DNA from: Ilumatobacteraceae bacterium
GTDB taxonomy: Bacteria > Actinomycetota > Acidimicrobiia > Acidimicrobiales > Ilumatobacteraceae
Length of the DNA stretch: 64,000 nucleotides
Reading direction: 5' to 3'
Assembly (NCBI GenBank): GCA_049442935.1
Contig: JBMTOT010000001.1
Location: forward strand, 2,666 to 66,665
The notes beneath the pieces were generated by a model. That model ran no database searches. It saw nothing but the letters and a program-made list of their open reading frames with translations, and had not been told where the DNA came from. A program made the position numbers and the translations under genes. Below are positions 1 to 9,240 of this stretch, piece by piece; position 1 is the first letter of the stretch; the number at the start of each line of letters is the position of its first letter.

Positions 1-370
1 CAAGGCTCACGGCGTGGTGCCGCGGGTCGTGGAAGCCCGACACTGTGGGGTCGGTGAAGTACTCGACGACGGTGAACGGCGACGGCTCAGGTGGCAGCCG
101 AGGCAGGGCCATCGGGCCCAGATCCTTCTCAAGGTGGCGCATCAGGGCATCGCGGATGCGCTCGTTCAGCATGACCCGACCCGACACCACCATGCGGCTG
201 ATCGAGCCGTCGGCGGCCTGGCGCAGCAACATGCCGACATGGGTCACCGTGCCGTCGTGGTCGGTGCGCACCGGGACTGCATCGACGTAGACCAGAGGTA
301 CCTGGTGGCGAACCATTGCCAACTCTTCGGGCGAGAGCCACGCATTCTGGGTGTCGGTGGTCTCGCTCAT
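1..370 (-). CDS. Hypothetical protein, possibly NUDIX-fold/DUF4916-like; only the N-terminal part is in the window (gene runs off the left edge)
   Basis: Absent from the ORF track because it is open at the window edge. The reverse strand has ATG at 368-370 and reads MSETTDTQNAWLSPEELAMVRHQVPLVYVDAVPVRTDHDGT... with no stop to position 1. The family call is by-eye resemblance only. Confidence 0.45.
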   Translation of the reverse strand, partial: MSETTDTQNAWLSPEELAMVRHQVPLVYVDAVPVRTDHDGTVTHVGMLLRQAADGSISRMVVSGRVMLNERIRDALMRHLEKDLGPMALPRLPPEPSPFTVVEYFTDPTVSGFHDPRHHAVSL

Positions 371-447
371 CGGGCGAAATGGTACCGTGCGCTCTGTCGG
401 CGCGCGAGCGCAGAACTCCACGACATTGGACCTTCGAAAGGAACACC

Positions 448-969
448 ATGGGAATCAAGTTGGCAAAGTTCAAGGACGTCGCGAACGGCTTGCAGGAAGG
501 GCAGTTCGGCGTCGGTGACCGCACGCAGATCACCTCGCTCTCGGACCTCGACCCCGACTACAAGATGCTCCTCGACGGCCAGTACGCCTGCACGATGGCA
601 GTCATCGGAGCCGATGGCCGCCCCGGTCTCACCACCATGTGGTTCGACTACGAGGGCGACAAGGTGCTCATCAACGTTGCCGCGCACCGCAAGAAGACCG
701 GCTGGATCCGCAAGAACCCGCAGATCACCCTCCTCATCATGAACCCGGCGAACATGTACCACTGGGTGTCGATGAAGGTCACCGTCGAGCGTGAGATCCT
801 CGAGGACGACCCGAAGGAAGGCGCCTACGTCACCGAGCAGCTCAACAAGATCTGGCGCAAGTACATCGGCCAGGGCGACGAATACGGTCTTCGCGATCCG
901 TCGATGAACGAGCGACGCGTGCTCTTCATCTGCAACGTCGACTCGGTCGCCACGTTCGGCAAGCCCTGA
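448..969 (+). CDS. Pyridoxamine 5'-phosphate oxidase (PPOX)-class FMN/F420-binding protein
   Basis: Internal ATG at 448 of ORF 316..969, preceded by gaaaggaacacc. The translation MGIKLAKF...TTMWFDYEGDKVLINVAAHRKKTGWIRKNPQITLLI resembles the split-barrel PPOX family. Confidence 0.7.
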   Translation: MGIKLAKFKDVANGLQEGQFGVGDRTQITSLSDLDPDYKMLLDGQYACTMAVIGADGRPGLTTMWFDYEGDKVLINVAAHRKKTGWIRKNPQITLLIMNPANMYHWVSMKVTVEREILEDDPKEGAYVTEQLNKIWRKYIGQGDEYGLRDPSMNERRVLFICNVDSVATFGKP

Positions 970-982
970 GGATCGCTCCACC

Positions 983-2176
983 GTGCGCGTCGCCGTCATC
1001 GGCGGCTCCATCGGAGGCCTGACCGCCGCGCTTGTTCTGCGCGACCTCCCGGATCTCGACGTCTCCGTCGAGGTCTGGGAACGGTCGCCGCACGAACTCG
1101 CCCAGCGAGGAGCCGGAATCGGCCTCCTCAAGGAGACGTCGCGATATCTCGTTGAGATCGCCGGTGTCGATCTCGACGACTTCTCGGTGCCCACCTCGCG
1201 CATCAGGCATCTGGCGCGCGACGGATCGGTCCTCCACGACGCCGCGCACTCGTACCGGTTCTCGTCGTGGAATGCGGTGTACCGCCAGTTGCTGGCGTGC
1301 ATGAAGCCTCGTGACTACCACCTCGGGCACGAGATGACCTCGTGGCGCGACTCGGGAGACTGTGTCTCGGTCGAGTTTGCGAACGGCGCGAGCACCGAGG
1401 CCGACCTCGTGGTCTTCGCCGACGGAGTCAACTCGCTCGCCCGATCGACGCTTGTTCCCGGTGCGGCGCCGCGCTACGCAGGTTACGTGGCATGGCGCGG
1501 CATGGTGCACGAGACCGAACTCTCTGCCGCGGCGCGCGACGCCCTCGACGATGCGATCACCTACCACGTGTACGCGAACAGCCACATCCTCGTGTACCCC
1601 ATTCCCGGGCTCGACGGCGAGACTGCCCCGGGCAAGCGACTCGTGAACTACGTCTGGTACCGCAACTACTCGGCCGGTGGCGACCTCGAGGGTCTCCTCA
1701 CCGATGTCCATGGTGTGCGGCGCGACGTGTCGCTGCCACCCGGAGCCGCGGCGGCGCACCACGTTGCCGAGATGCGCGCACACGCCGAAGCGCGCCTGCC
1801 GGCGTCGATCGCAGAGGTGATCTCCGGAACCGAGCAGCCCTTCGTGCAGGTGGTGTACGACCTCGACATTCCGGCGATGGCGTTCGGACGCACCTGCCTC
1901 TTGGGCGATGCCGCATTTCTGGGCCGACCGCATGCTGCTGCCGGCACCGCGAAGGCCGCCGACGATGCGTGGGCGCTCGCCGAGTCACTTCGTGACGCGC
2001 TCGCATCGGGTGGCGGGGTGTCCGAGGCGCTCGCGGCCTACGAGGCGTCGCAAATGCCCGTCGGGCGCCAACTGATTGCACGCACCGAGGAGATCGGCCG
2101 GCGATCCCAGTTCGAGAACTCGTGGGTTCCGGGCGACCCGAGCCTCATATTCGGACTGAAGGCACCGGGCTCATGA
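983..2176 (+). CDS. FAD-dependent aromatic-ring monooxygenase
   Basis: GTG start. N-terminal Rossmann motif VAVIGGSIGGLTAA, and later GDAAF and DDAWAL motifs typical of flavoprotein hydroxylases. Confidence 0.8.
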   Translation: MRVAVIGGSIGGLTAALVLRDLPDLDVSVEVWERSPHELAQRGAGIGLLKETSRYLVEIAGVDLDDFSVPTSRIRHLARDGSVLHDAAHSYRFSSWNAVYRQLLACMKPRDYHLGHEMTSWRDSGDCVSVEFANGASTEADLVVFADGVNSLARSTLVPGAAPRYAGYVAWRGMVHETELSAAARDALDDAITYHVYANSHILVYPIPGLDGETAPGKRLVNYVWYRNYSAGGDLEGLLTDVHGVRRDVSLPPGAAAAHHVAEMRAHAEARLPASIAEVISGTEQPFVQVVYDLDIPAMAFGRTCLLGDAAFLGRPHAAAGTAKAADDAWALAESLRDALASGGGVSEALAAYEASQMPVGRQLIARTEEIGRRSQFENSWVPGDPSLIFGLKAPGS

Positions 2177-3282
2177 CACGCGCCGTGGCATCAGCGATGG
2201 CCGATATCGCCAATGAACTGCTCGGAACTCTCGACGCCGACCAACGAGCCGTCGCACAGTGGCGTTTCCCCTCCGACGAGGAGCGACGGCTCTGGTTCTA
2301 CACCCCGACCGACCATGGCGGGCTGACGCTGCACGGCCTCATTCCCGCCCAGCACCGTCTCGTCATGCGGCTCGTCGACTCGGTGCTCTCGCGACCGGGG
2401 TACGTCACTGTCTCGACGGTGATGGGTCTCGAGAACGTGCTCGATCAACTCGAGGGCTGGGGTGCGATGTGGAACTTCCCGCGGGGCCGCGACCCGCAAC
2501 GCTATTTCCTGCGATTCTTTGGCGATCCGGGCAGCGACGCGTGGGGCTGGCGCATCGGCGGACACCACATTTCGCTCAACATCACGGTGTGCAACGACGA
2601 AGTGGCGTCGTCGACGCCGTGCTTCCTTGGCGCCGACCCGGCGGCGTCACCTCTCCTCGGCGGGCAGCTGCTCCGCCCGCTGGCCGGCTGCGAAGACCTC
2701 GCGCGCGACCTCCTCGCGGCGTTCGACGACGACCAACGCCGCATCGCGATCGTTGCCGACGTGCCTCCGGTCGATCTCGTGGGCGCCAACCGCGCACGAC
2801 TCAGCGACGGCGACCGACCGCTGCGGCTCGCGAAGGTGTGGCGCGACGAGTTCACGGGCGAATTGCGCGACGTAGTCGAACGCATCCAGGACACCGAGGA
2901 AGAAAAGATCGGACTGACGGAACAGCATCTCCAAGCTGTCGAGTACACGACCGCACCGAAAGGGCTGGCCGCAGCGCACATGCGCGGCGATCAGCGCAAC
3001 ATTCTCGAGGCTCTCGTGGGCACCTATCTCGACCGCGTCCGTGACGAGGTCGCGGCCGCAGAGTGGGAGCGCGTGCGCGAACACTTCGAACTTCTGCACT
3101 TCGCGTGGGCAGGCTCCACCGAGCGCGGTCTCCCCCACTACTACCGCATCCAGGGTCCGCGACTTCTCGCTGAGTACGACAACACCACCCGCGACGGCAA
3201 CCACGTGCACACGGTATGGCGCGACCCGATCAACGACTTCGGGGTCGATGCGCTCGGCGACCACCACCGACACGGCCACTGA
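2173..3282 (+). CDS. DUF3500-like protein of unknown function
   Basis: ATG at 2173 overlaps the upstream stop (ATGA). The GGHHISLNITV motif and overall length fit my recollection of DUF3500. Confidence 0.6.
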   Translation: MTRAVASAMADIANELLGTLDADQRAVAQWRFPSDEERRLWFYTPTDHGGLTLHGLIPAQHRLVMRLVDSVLSRPGYVTVSTVMGLENVLDQLEGWGAMWNFPRGRDPQRYFLRFFGDPGSDAWGWRIGGHHISLNITVCNDEVASSTPCFLGADPAASPLLGGQLLRPLAGCEDLARDLLAAFDDDQRRIAIVADVPPVDLVGANRARLSDGDRPLRLAKVWRDEFTGELRDVVERIQDTEEEKIGLTEQHLQAVEYTTAPKGLAAAHMRGDQRNILEALVGTYLDRVRDEVAAAEWERVREHFELLHFAWAGSTERGLPHYYRIQGPRLLAEYDNTTRDGNHVHTVWRDPINDFGVDALGDHHRHGH

Positions 3283-3302
3283 CCGGCCGCTGATGCCGGT
3301 CA
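3280..3302. terminator. Bidirectional hairpin between convergent genes
   Basis: TGACCGGC-cgctgat-GCCGGTCA, an 8-bp perfect stem. It starts at the DUF3500 stop codon and ends 3 nt before the gabD stop. Confidence 0.5.
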
Positions 3303-3304
3303 GC

Positions 3305-4684
3305 TCACCATTCGACCGCGACGTACTTGGTCTCGCAGAACGCGAGCAAGCCCTCGTGTGCACCCTCACGACCGAGTCCTGACGCCTTCACGCCCCCGAA
3401 CGGTGCCGCAGGATCGGACACGAGACCCCGATTGAGACCCACCATGCCCGCTTCGATCGCGTTGGCAAGCCGCATCCCGCGCCCGATGTCTCGCGTGAAG
3501 ACGTACGCGACGAGTCCGTGCGGCACCCCGTTCAACAACGAAAGCGACCCCTCGACATCATCGATCTCGATGACCGGAGCGACGGGTCCGAACACCTCCT
3601 GCGAGACGATCGAGTGCTCGTGTCGCACGCCGGTGAGCACCGTCGGCGCGTACCCCCACATCGGGGCGTCAGTCGCAGTTCCACCGCACGCAACGGCCGC
3701 CCCGTCTGCCACCGCACGCTTGACGAGCGACGCGACACGTGACTGCTGCGCGGCACTGACGAGCGGCCCGACCGTGACGCCGTCGTCGAGCCCGTTGCCG
3801 AGCCTCAGCGACGACATGCGGGCCGTGAACTTCTCGGTGAACTCGTCATGCACCCGCGAGTGCACATAGAACCGGTTGGCCGCCGTGCATGCCGCGCCGC
3901 CGTTGCGCATCTTTGCGAGCATCGCCCCGTCGACGGCGGCGTCGATGTCGGCATCGTCGCACACCACGAACGGGGCATTGCCGCCAAGTTCCATGGAGCA
4001 GTTCACGACGTGCTCGGCCGCCTGGGCAAGCAGGAGAGACCCCACCCGGGTCGATCCGGTGAACGACAGCTTGCGAATGTGGCCCGAGGCCAGCATCGCG
4101 GCAACCGCGTCTGCGGGCGGGTCGGGAGTGACAACCTGCAGCACTCCCTCGGGTAGGCCGGCCTCGGTCAATATTTCGGCGACCGCCAGCGCAGACAGCG
4201 GCGTCTCGTGTGCGGCCTTCAGCACCACTGTGCACCCGGCCGCGAGTGCCGGGCCGATCTTGCGCGTCGCCATTGCGGCGGGAAAGTTCCATGGGGTCAC
4301 ACACAGTGCCGGACCGACCGGCTCGCGCGTCACGGCCAGCCAATTCGCGCCGGACGGTGCCCGCCGTAGATCTCCGTCGAGACGAACAGACTCTTCTGAG
4401 AACCAGCGGAAGAACTCAGCCGCATAGGCCACTTCTGCTCTCGCGTCTGAGAGAACCTTGCCGTTCTCTCGCACCATCAGCCGAGCAAGTTCCTCGCTGC
4501 GCGACATCATCGCCTCAAACGCCCGGCGCATAATCTCCCCCCGCTGACGCGGCGCCATGGCTCGCCACGCGGGAAATGCGTCTGCCGCGGTGCGTGCCGC
4601 CTCGACACATTCTGCGACCGAGTGGTTGTGGACCTTTCCTTCCGTTTCGCCGGTCGCCGGGTTCACAACATCGATGGTCGCCAT
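3305..4684 (-). CDS. gabD: NAD(P)-dependent succinate-semialdehyde/aldehyde dehydrogenase
   Basis: 459 aa. Aldehyde dehydrogenase motifs FTGST, ELGGNAP and catalytic CTAANR, with end-to-end resemblance to GabD-type enzymes. Confidence 0.85.
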   Translation of the reverse strand: MATIDVVNPATGETEGKVHNHSVAECVEAARTAADAFPAWRAMAPRQRGEIMRRAFEAMMSRSEELARLMVRENGKVLSDARAEVAYAAEFFRWFSEESVRLDGDLRRAPSGANWLAVTREPVGPALCVTPWNFPAAMATRKIGPALAAGCTVVLKAAHETPLSALAVAEILTEAGLPEGVLQVVTPDPPADAVAAMLASGHIRKLSFTGSTRVGSLLLAQAAEHVVNCSMELGGNAPFVVCDDADIDAAVDGAMLAKMRNGGAACTAANRFYVHSRVHDEFTEKFTARMSSLRLGNGLDDGVTVGPLVSAAQQSRVASLVKRAVADGAAVACGGTATDAPMWGYAPTVLTGVRHEHSIVSQEVFGPVAPVIEIDDVEGSLSLLNGVPHGLVAYVFTRDIGRGMRLANAIEAGMVGLNRGLVSDPAAPFGGVKASGLGREGAHEGLLAFCETKYVAVEW

Positions 4685-4723
4685 GGGTCAAGTCTGCCCG
4701 CGGAGTCGTCCCGGGAACGGCAA

Positions 4724-4751
4724 AGAGCCCGGGCCGCTGGGCCGGGGCTCT
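4724..4751 (-). terminator. Hairpin downstream of pstS
   Basis: AGAGCCCGGGCC-GCTG-GGCCGGGGCTCT, 11 bp with one mismatch, 30 nt past the pstS stop. It is followed on the minus strand by TTGCCGTT, which is only a weak U tract. Confidence 0.45.
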
Positions 4752-4780
4752 CTGCGTGTTGCGTCAGGGGTGTGACGAAA

Positions 4781-6148
4781 TCAGGCCCCGCCGTTGACCT
4801 TTGCGAGCTGGACGAGTGCCTTCTCGAGGATCTTGCCGGTGAGCGGGGTGTACCCGGCACCAGGGGCCGCCTTCGGCGAGCACTGGTTCAAGAAGTAGCT
4901 GAAGAAGCCCTTCGTGAGTGCATTGTTGGTGCTCGATGCGCTCGAGGTGAGCCCGTACGAAATCGCGTTGATCGGGTAGGCATCGGCCGCCTTGTAGGTG
5001 AACGACTGGCTCACCAAGCCTTCAGCGGTCACCTCGGCTCCCTCGAACCACGACGCCGACGACACCGGGGTCGGCTTCACGTACTGACCACCCGGGTTCA
5101 GAACGTCCGCGTACTTCACCGACCGCTCGTCGAGGAACGACGGTTCTGCGTAGGTGATCGAACCGTCGTTGTCACGCACGTAACTCGACACCCCCTCGTT
5201 GCCGCGGGCCGACTGGAACGAACCGTCGGTCGGCACGGTGCCGGGGAACGCGGTGGTGAACGAGTTGTTTGTTGCCTTTGTCCAGATCGACGGGTACGAC
5301 TTGTTCAGGTAGTTGGCGAAGTTGTTCGTGGTTCCCGAACCGTCGCTGCGGTGCACGACACGGATTGTCTGGTCCGGAAGGGTCAACTTGACACCGTTCG
5401 TCACTGGCGCAACAGCCAGAACGCCCAGGTTGGTGCGGCCGGCCTTGATGGTGTACGTCGTGTTCCTGACATATGCCGCATTCTTCGTGATGCGCTTGCG
5501 GTACTTCGAGTTCAAAATGCTCTTCGTGGCGCCGCCAACAGTCGCCGCCGTGATCGTCACCTTGGCGTTGCGGTACTTCTTGGCCGCCGCGGCGGTCATT
5601 GACACTGTGAACTGGACGTTCGAGGCGACCTTTTTCGCGGTCACGGTGACGCCGCCCTTCGAAACCCGAAGCTTCTTCTTGGTCGTCGCACCCTTGTTCA
5701 GCGCCACGATTGCCGGGTCGTTCCACTTCGTGATCTGACCAGCGAAGATCTTGGCGATCACTTCGCCGTTGAGTCGCATCGTCGCACCGGCGGGCTTGAG
5801 CGCATCGAGGCGGTAGCCGATTGCGATCGGGCCGCCCACCAGCGGAACGTAGACCAGATCTGCGGGGGCGCCGCTCGAGTAGGCCGACTCAGAACCACCG
5901 AATGTGTACGTGCCGTTCTTGAATCCCGACTGGCCCGACGAAGATCCGACCGATGCATACGTCACGACGTGCTTGTCGGGGTTGTACTGCGTGTTGCGGT
6001 TGTACTGCGCGGCGCAGATGTCCATCATGTTCGCCATGAAGCTGGCGCCGCCTCCGTTGATGGAGGCCGCATTCGCCGGGGCCACTGCCCCTGCTGTGCT
6101 CGCCACCGCGAATGCGGTGACTGCAATCAAACTACGACGGAATTTCAT
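4781..6148 (-). CDS. pstS: Phosphate ABC transporter substrate-binding protein with an about 100-aa insertion
   Basis: ATG at 6148 with AAGGAGA upstream. Signal peptide MKFRRSLIAVTAFAVASTAGA. PstS motifs GGGASF, KWNDP and RSDGSGTT. Confidence 0.85.
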   Translation of the reverse strand: MKFRRSLIAVTAFAVASTAGAVAPANAASINGGGASFMANMMDICAAQYNRNTQYNPDKHVVTYASVGSSSGQSGFKNGTYTFGGSESAYSSGAPADLVYVPLVGGPIAIGYRLDALKPAGATMRLNGEVIAKIFAGQITKWNDPAIVALNKGATTKKKLRVSKGGVTVTAKKVASNVQFTVSMTAAAAKKYRNAKVTITAATVGGATKSILNSKYRKRITKNAAYVRNTTYTIKAGRTNLGVLAVAPVTNGVKLTLPDQTIRVVHRSDGSGTTNNFANYLNKSYPSIWTKATNNSFTTAFPGTVPTDGSFQSARGNEGVSSYVRDNDGSITYAEPSFLDERSVKYADVLNPGGQYVKPTPVSSASWFEGAEVTAEGLVSQSFTYKAADAYPINAISYGLTSSASSTNNALTKGFFSYFLNQCSPKAAPGAGYTPLTGKILEKALVQLAKVNGGA

Positions 6149-6243
6149 TGAGGTGTCTCCTTGTGGGGTGTTCGTTTCTCCCACCGTGAAGGTACGCACA
6201 CCTCTTGACGCGAAACCTGCGCGAGTCTGTCGGCACCGTGCCG

Positions 6244-6265
6244 ACACGGTGAACAGTCCGTGAAC
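6244..6265 (-). promoter_or_regulatory. PHO box (two 11-nt direct repeat units) upstream of pstS
   Basis: The minus strand reads GTTCACGGACT GTTCACCGTGT. The GTTCAC cores are exactly 11 nt apart, about 96 nt upstream of the pstS ATG. This matches the actinobacterial PhoP direct-repeat consensus core GTTCACC. Confidence 0.6.
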
Positions 6266-6271
6266 GCGAAA

Positions 6272-7141
6272 TCAGCCGAAGCGGCCCTGCACGTAGTCGG
6301 CTGTGCGCTCGTCGCGCGGGTTCGAGAACATGTTGCTCGTGAGGTCTGCCTCTATCAGTCGCCCCGGTCCGCCGTCGGAGAGGAAGAACGCGCAGTAATC
6401 CGACACGCGCGCCGCCTGTTGCATGTTGTGTGTGACGATCACGATGGTCATCGTCTCCGACAGCTGCACGATGGTCTCTTCGACTCGCAGGGTTGAGCCC
6501 GGGTCGAGCGCCGAGCAGGGCTCGTCGAGCAGGAGAACATCAGGACGCAGGGCGAGCGAGCGCGCGATGCAGAGACGCTGCTGCTGACCGCCCGAGAGCG
6601 AGCCACCCGGGGCATCGAGGCGGTCTTTCACTTCTTTCCAGAGCCCAGCGCGCGTCAGGCACTCTTCGATGAGCTCGCTCTTGTTCTCGCCCTTGATGCG
6701 GGCCAGCTTGAGGCCGGCGACCACGTTCTCGCCGATGTTCATGGCCGGAAACGGGTTCGGCTTCTGGAACACCATGCCGATGCGGCGACGGATCTCGGTC
6801 GGGTTCACGTCGGTGGCGTAGATGTCCTTGCCCTCGAATAGCACCTCGCCGGCCATCGCCGCCTTGGGGATGAACTCGTGCATGCGGTTTAGAAGGCGCA
6901 GGAACGTCGACTTGCCGCAGCCCGACGGCCCGATGAGACCGGTGACCGTGTTCTCGGGAAAGTGAAGGTTCACGTCGGCGAGCGCATGGTGCTTGTCGAA
7001 CCATGCGTGCACACCCACCGCTTCGAGCCCGCCCTGGCGCGACACCTCGAGGTTGTCGGCGCTGCGGCGGGTGCGGTCCTCGACGATGTTCGTCTCGACG
7101 GGAACCGATGTGGTGATGACTTCAGGGTTGTTCGAGTCCAT
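6272..7141 (-). CDS. pstB: Phosphate ABC transporter ATP-binding protein
   Basis: Internal ATG at 7141 of ORF 6272..7237. Walker [10 protein letters not shown], signature LSGGQQQRL, Walker B LLLDEP. Confidence 0.9.
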   Translation of the reverse strand: MDSNNPEVITTSVPVETNIVEDRTRRSADNLEVSRQGGLEAVGVHAWFDKHHALADVNLHFPENTVTGLIGPSGCGKSTFLRLLNRMHEFIPKAAMAGEVLFEGKDIYATDVNPTEIRRRIGMVFQKPNPFPAMNIGENVVAGLKLARIKGENKSELIEECLTRAGLWKEVKDRLDAPGGSLSGGQQQRLCIARSLALRPDVLLLDEPCSALDPGSTLRVEETIVQLSETMTIVIVTHNMQQAARVSDYCAFFLSDGGPGRLIEADLTSNMFSNPRDERTADYVQGRFG

Positions 7142-7146
7142 GTGTG

Positions 7147-8205
7147 TTACCGCTTTCGTGAGAGTCGGGAGTTGATGACGCGGGCGATGGTGAAAAGAAC
7201 GAGAACGACGATGAGGAGGACGAGTGACCCGCCCCACGCGCGGGTGGTGGCATTCGCATCACCGAGGCCGAGGTTCTGGAAGATGTAGATCGGAAGCGAG
7301 GCGATCGGCTCGTTCAGATTGGTGCTCGTGGCAACGAAGTACGACGCGGTGAGAATCAGAGGCGCTGTCTCGCCCACGATGCGCGCGATGCCGAGCACCG
7401 CGGCGGTGAGGAGTCCGGAGGCGATCGTGGGGAGCACCACCATGAACGTGGTGCGTGCCTGTGTCGACCCGAGTGCGTAGCTCGCCGAGCGAAGGTCGTC
7501 GGGCACCAGTTTGAGCACCTCTTCGGAGGTGCGTGACACCGTCGGCAACATGAGAATCACATAGGAGAGGGCCCCGGCCCATGCGCTGAAACCGGTGAAG
7601 AAGATCACGATCGTCGAATAAATGAACAGACCCGCCACGATCGACGGAACTCCGCTCATTGCCTGTGTCAGGAAGCGCACGAGGCCCGCGAAGCGGCCCT
7701 TCACCTCCACGATGTAGACGGCCGACAGCACCCCGAGCGGAACGGCGATCACCGTCGCGATGGCCACCATGATGAGCGTGCCGATGATGGCGTGTGCGAC
7801 ACCGCCCAGGTTCAATGCCTCACTCGAAGCCGTGATGCGCATGTCGTTGGTGATGTATCCGGAGTGGAACGCCTTCGACCCGTTCTCCCACACCTCGAGC
7901 ACGATCGACACCAGCGGGACCGCGACGGCGATCGACACAACGGAGATGAGAGTCGACGCAACGCGGTCGATCGCCACGTTCAGACCGTGACGCAGTGCTT
8001 CGACGAGCGACAGCAGCGGCAGTGCAACGGCAAGTCCGGCGTACCAGCCGAGGAAGCCCGACAGACCGGTCACCTGCGTCACTACCCACGCGACAACTGC
8101 GGCGACCACTGCGATCACAAGAGTCCGACCGGCATCGACACGGCGGCGGTTCCACGGCCGGCTGGGGGCCGGCGTGACAGAGGCGGGGGCTGCCGTTGCG
8201 GTCAT
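7147..8205 (-). CDS. pstA: Phosphate ABC transporter permease
   Basis: Polytopic membrane protein directly between pstC and pstB. Its start overlaps the pstC stop by 4 nt. Confidence 0.85.
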   Translation of the reverse strand: MTATAAPASVTPAPSRPWNRRRVDAGRTLVIAVVAAVVAWVVTQVTGLSGFLGWYAGLAVALPLLSLVEALRHGLNVAIDRVASTLISVVSIAVAVPLVSIVLEVWENGSKAFHSGYITNDMRITASSEALNLGGVAHAIIGTLIMVAIATVIAVPLGVLSAVYIVEVKGRFAGLVRFLTQAMSGVPSIVAGLFIYSTIVIFFTGFSAWAGALSYVILMLPTVSRTSEEVLKLVPDDLRSASYALGSTQARTTFMVVLPTIASGLLTAAVLGIARIVGETAPLILTASYFVATSTNLNEPIASLPIYIFQNLGLGDANATTRAWGGSLVLLIVVLVLFTIARVINSRLSRKR

Positions 8206-9167
8206 GCGATCTTCCTCGACCGATTCACCACGACGGTGGCCAGGAAGTTCACGAACAGGGTCACGAGGAAGAGCACCAGACCGGCGGCCATGAGCGCCTT
8301 CAACTCGTACTCGGTGGCCTCGCCGAACTTGGTGGCGATCAACGACGCCACGTTGCCGCCGGCCGATGCGAGCACGCGGTAGTTGATGTCAAACACCAGG
8401 TTCAAGGTGAGGAACACAGCAACCGTCTCGCCCATCGCGCGACCGAGACCGAGCATCGTGCCACCCACAAGTCCGCTGCGTCCGAACGGCAACACCACCG
8501 TCCTGATGGCGCCCCACTTGGTGCCGCCGAGTGCATACGATGCGTCGACCAGGTCGCGCGGCGTCTGTCCGTACACCTCTCTGGCCACCGACGTCACGAT
8601 CGGCACGATCATGAGCGAGAGCAACAGACCGGCCATGAATGGCGAGCGTCCGAAGATTTCAGCAGGCACGTCGAAGACCGGAATGAAGTCGAGCGCCGGT
8701 TCCATCGACTTCGACCACCCCTCGACCATGGGCAGCAGGATGGTGTAGCCCCAGATGCCGTAGATCACGGACGGCACCGCGGCACCGAAGTCAAGCACCG
8801 CGGTCAGGAACGGCTTGACCGACTTCGGTGCGTAGTACTCGATGAAGAGCGCCGTTCCGACGGCAAACGGCACCGCGATGAGCACCGCTATTACTGCAGT
8901 CAGTACTGACCCGAACAGCATCGCCCCAATGCCGAGAACGGCGGTGCTCGGATCCATCGGATCACCGATGTCCCACCTCTCTTCGGTGATGAACGTGAAC
9001 CCGTAGTCGGAGAAGATCTCGAACCCGCGGTAGAGCAGGAATGCGGCGATCAGAGCCAGAACTATCAGCGAGACCATCGCATTGCCGGTCACGAACCCCC
9101 GGAAGACCTTGTCGACGGTTGTTCGCGCGGCGACGATCTCGCGCTTTTCGATCTCGGCCACCGACAT
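8202..9167 (-). CDS. pstC: Phosphate ABC transporter permease
   Basis: Polytopic permease. I prefer ATG 9167 (MSVAEIEK...) over the ORF-track GTG at 9200, which lies only 7 nt from the PHO box. Confidence 0.8.
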   Translation of the reverse strand: MSVAEIEKREIVAARTTVDKVFRGFVTGNAMVSLIVLALIAAFLLYRGFEIFSDYGFTFITEERWDIGDPMDPSTAVLGIGAMLFGSVLTAVIAVLIAVPFAVGTALFIEYYAPKSVKPFLTAVLDFGAAVPSVIYGIWGYTILLPMVEGWSKSMEPALDFIPVFDVPAEIFGRSPFMAGLLLSLMIVPIVTSVAREVYGQTPRDLVDASYALGGTKWGAIRTVVLPFGRSGLVGGTMLGLGRAMGETVAVFLTLNLVFDINYRVLASAGGNVASLIATKFGEATEYELKALMAAGLVLFLVTLFVNFLATVVVNRSRKIA

Positions 9168-9206
9168 GGGATGAGTGTCCCAGCCTGTGCTGTACACCAC
9201 GGAGCC

Positions 9207-9228
9207 AGCCGGTGAACGTCGGGTGAAC
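9207..9228 (-). promoter_or_regulatory. PHO box (two 11-nt direct repeat units) upstream of pstC
   Basis: The minus strand reads GTTCACCCGAC GTTCACCGGCT, with cores 11 nt apart, 40 nt upstream of the ATG at 9167. Confidence 0.6.
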
Positions 9229-9240
9229 GAGACCGGAACT

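Noticed and set aside
14-742. 242-aa plus-strand ORF spanning the first two genes
   Set aside because: It crosses the divergent promoter region. It is out of frame with the PPOX-class gene and antisense to the left-edge gene. The translation is Arg/Ser/Thr-rich noise.
3292-3304. The 13-mer gatgccggtcagc also occurs at 27266-27278
   Set aside because: There are only two copies, both at the 3' ends of unrelated genes, and in one copy the sequence includes the stop codon itself. This is most likely coincidence, not a REP-like element.
6228-6246. 8-bp hairpin TGTCGGCA-ccg-TGCCGACA as a pstB terminator
   Set aside because: There is no U tract and it overlaps the proximal PHO-box repeat by 3 nt (6244-6246). 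I cannot tell whether it is a terminator, a processing site or part of the promoter architecture, so it is mentioned only within the pstS finding.
9168-9200. GTG at 9200 as the pstC start (ORF-track coordinate)
   Set aside because: It lies 7 nt from the PHO box, leaving no room for a promoter. The ATG at 9167 is preferred.
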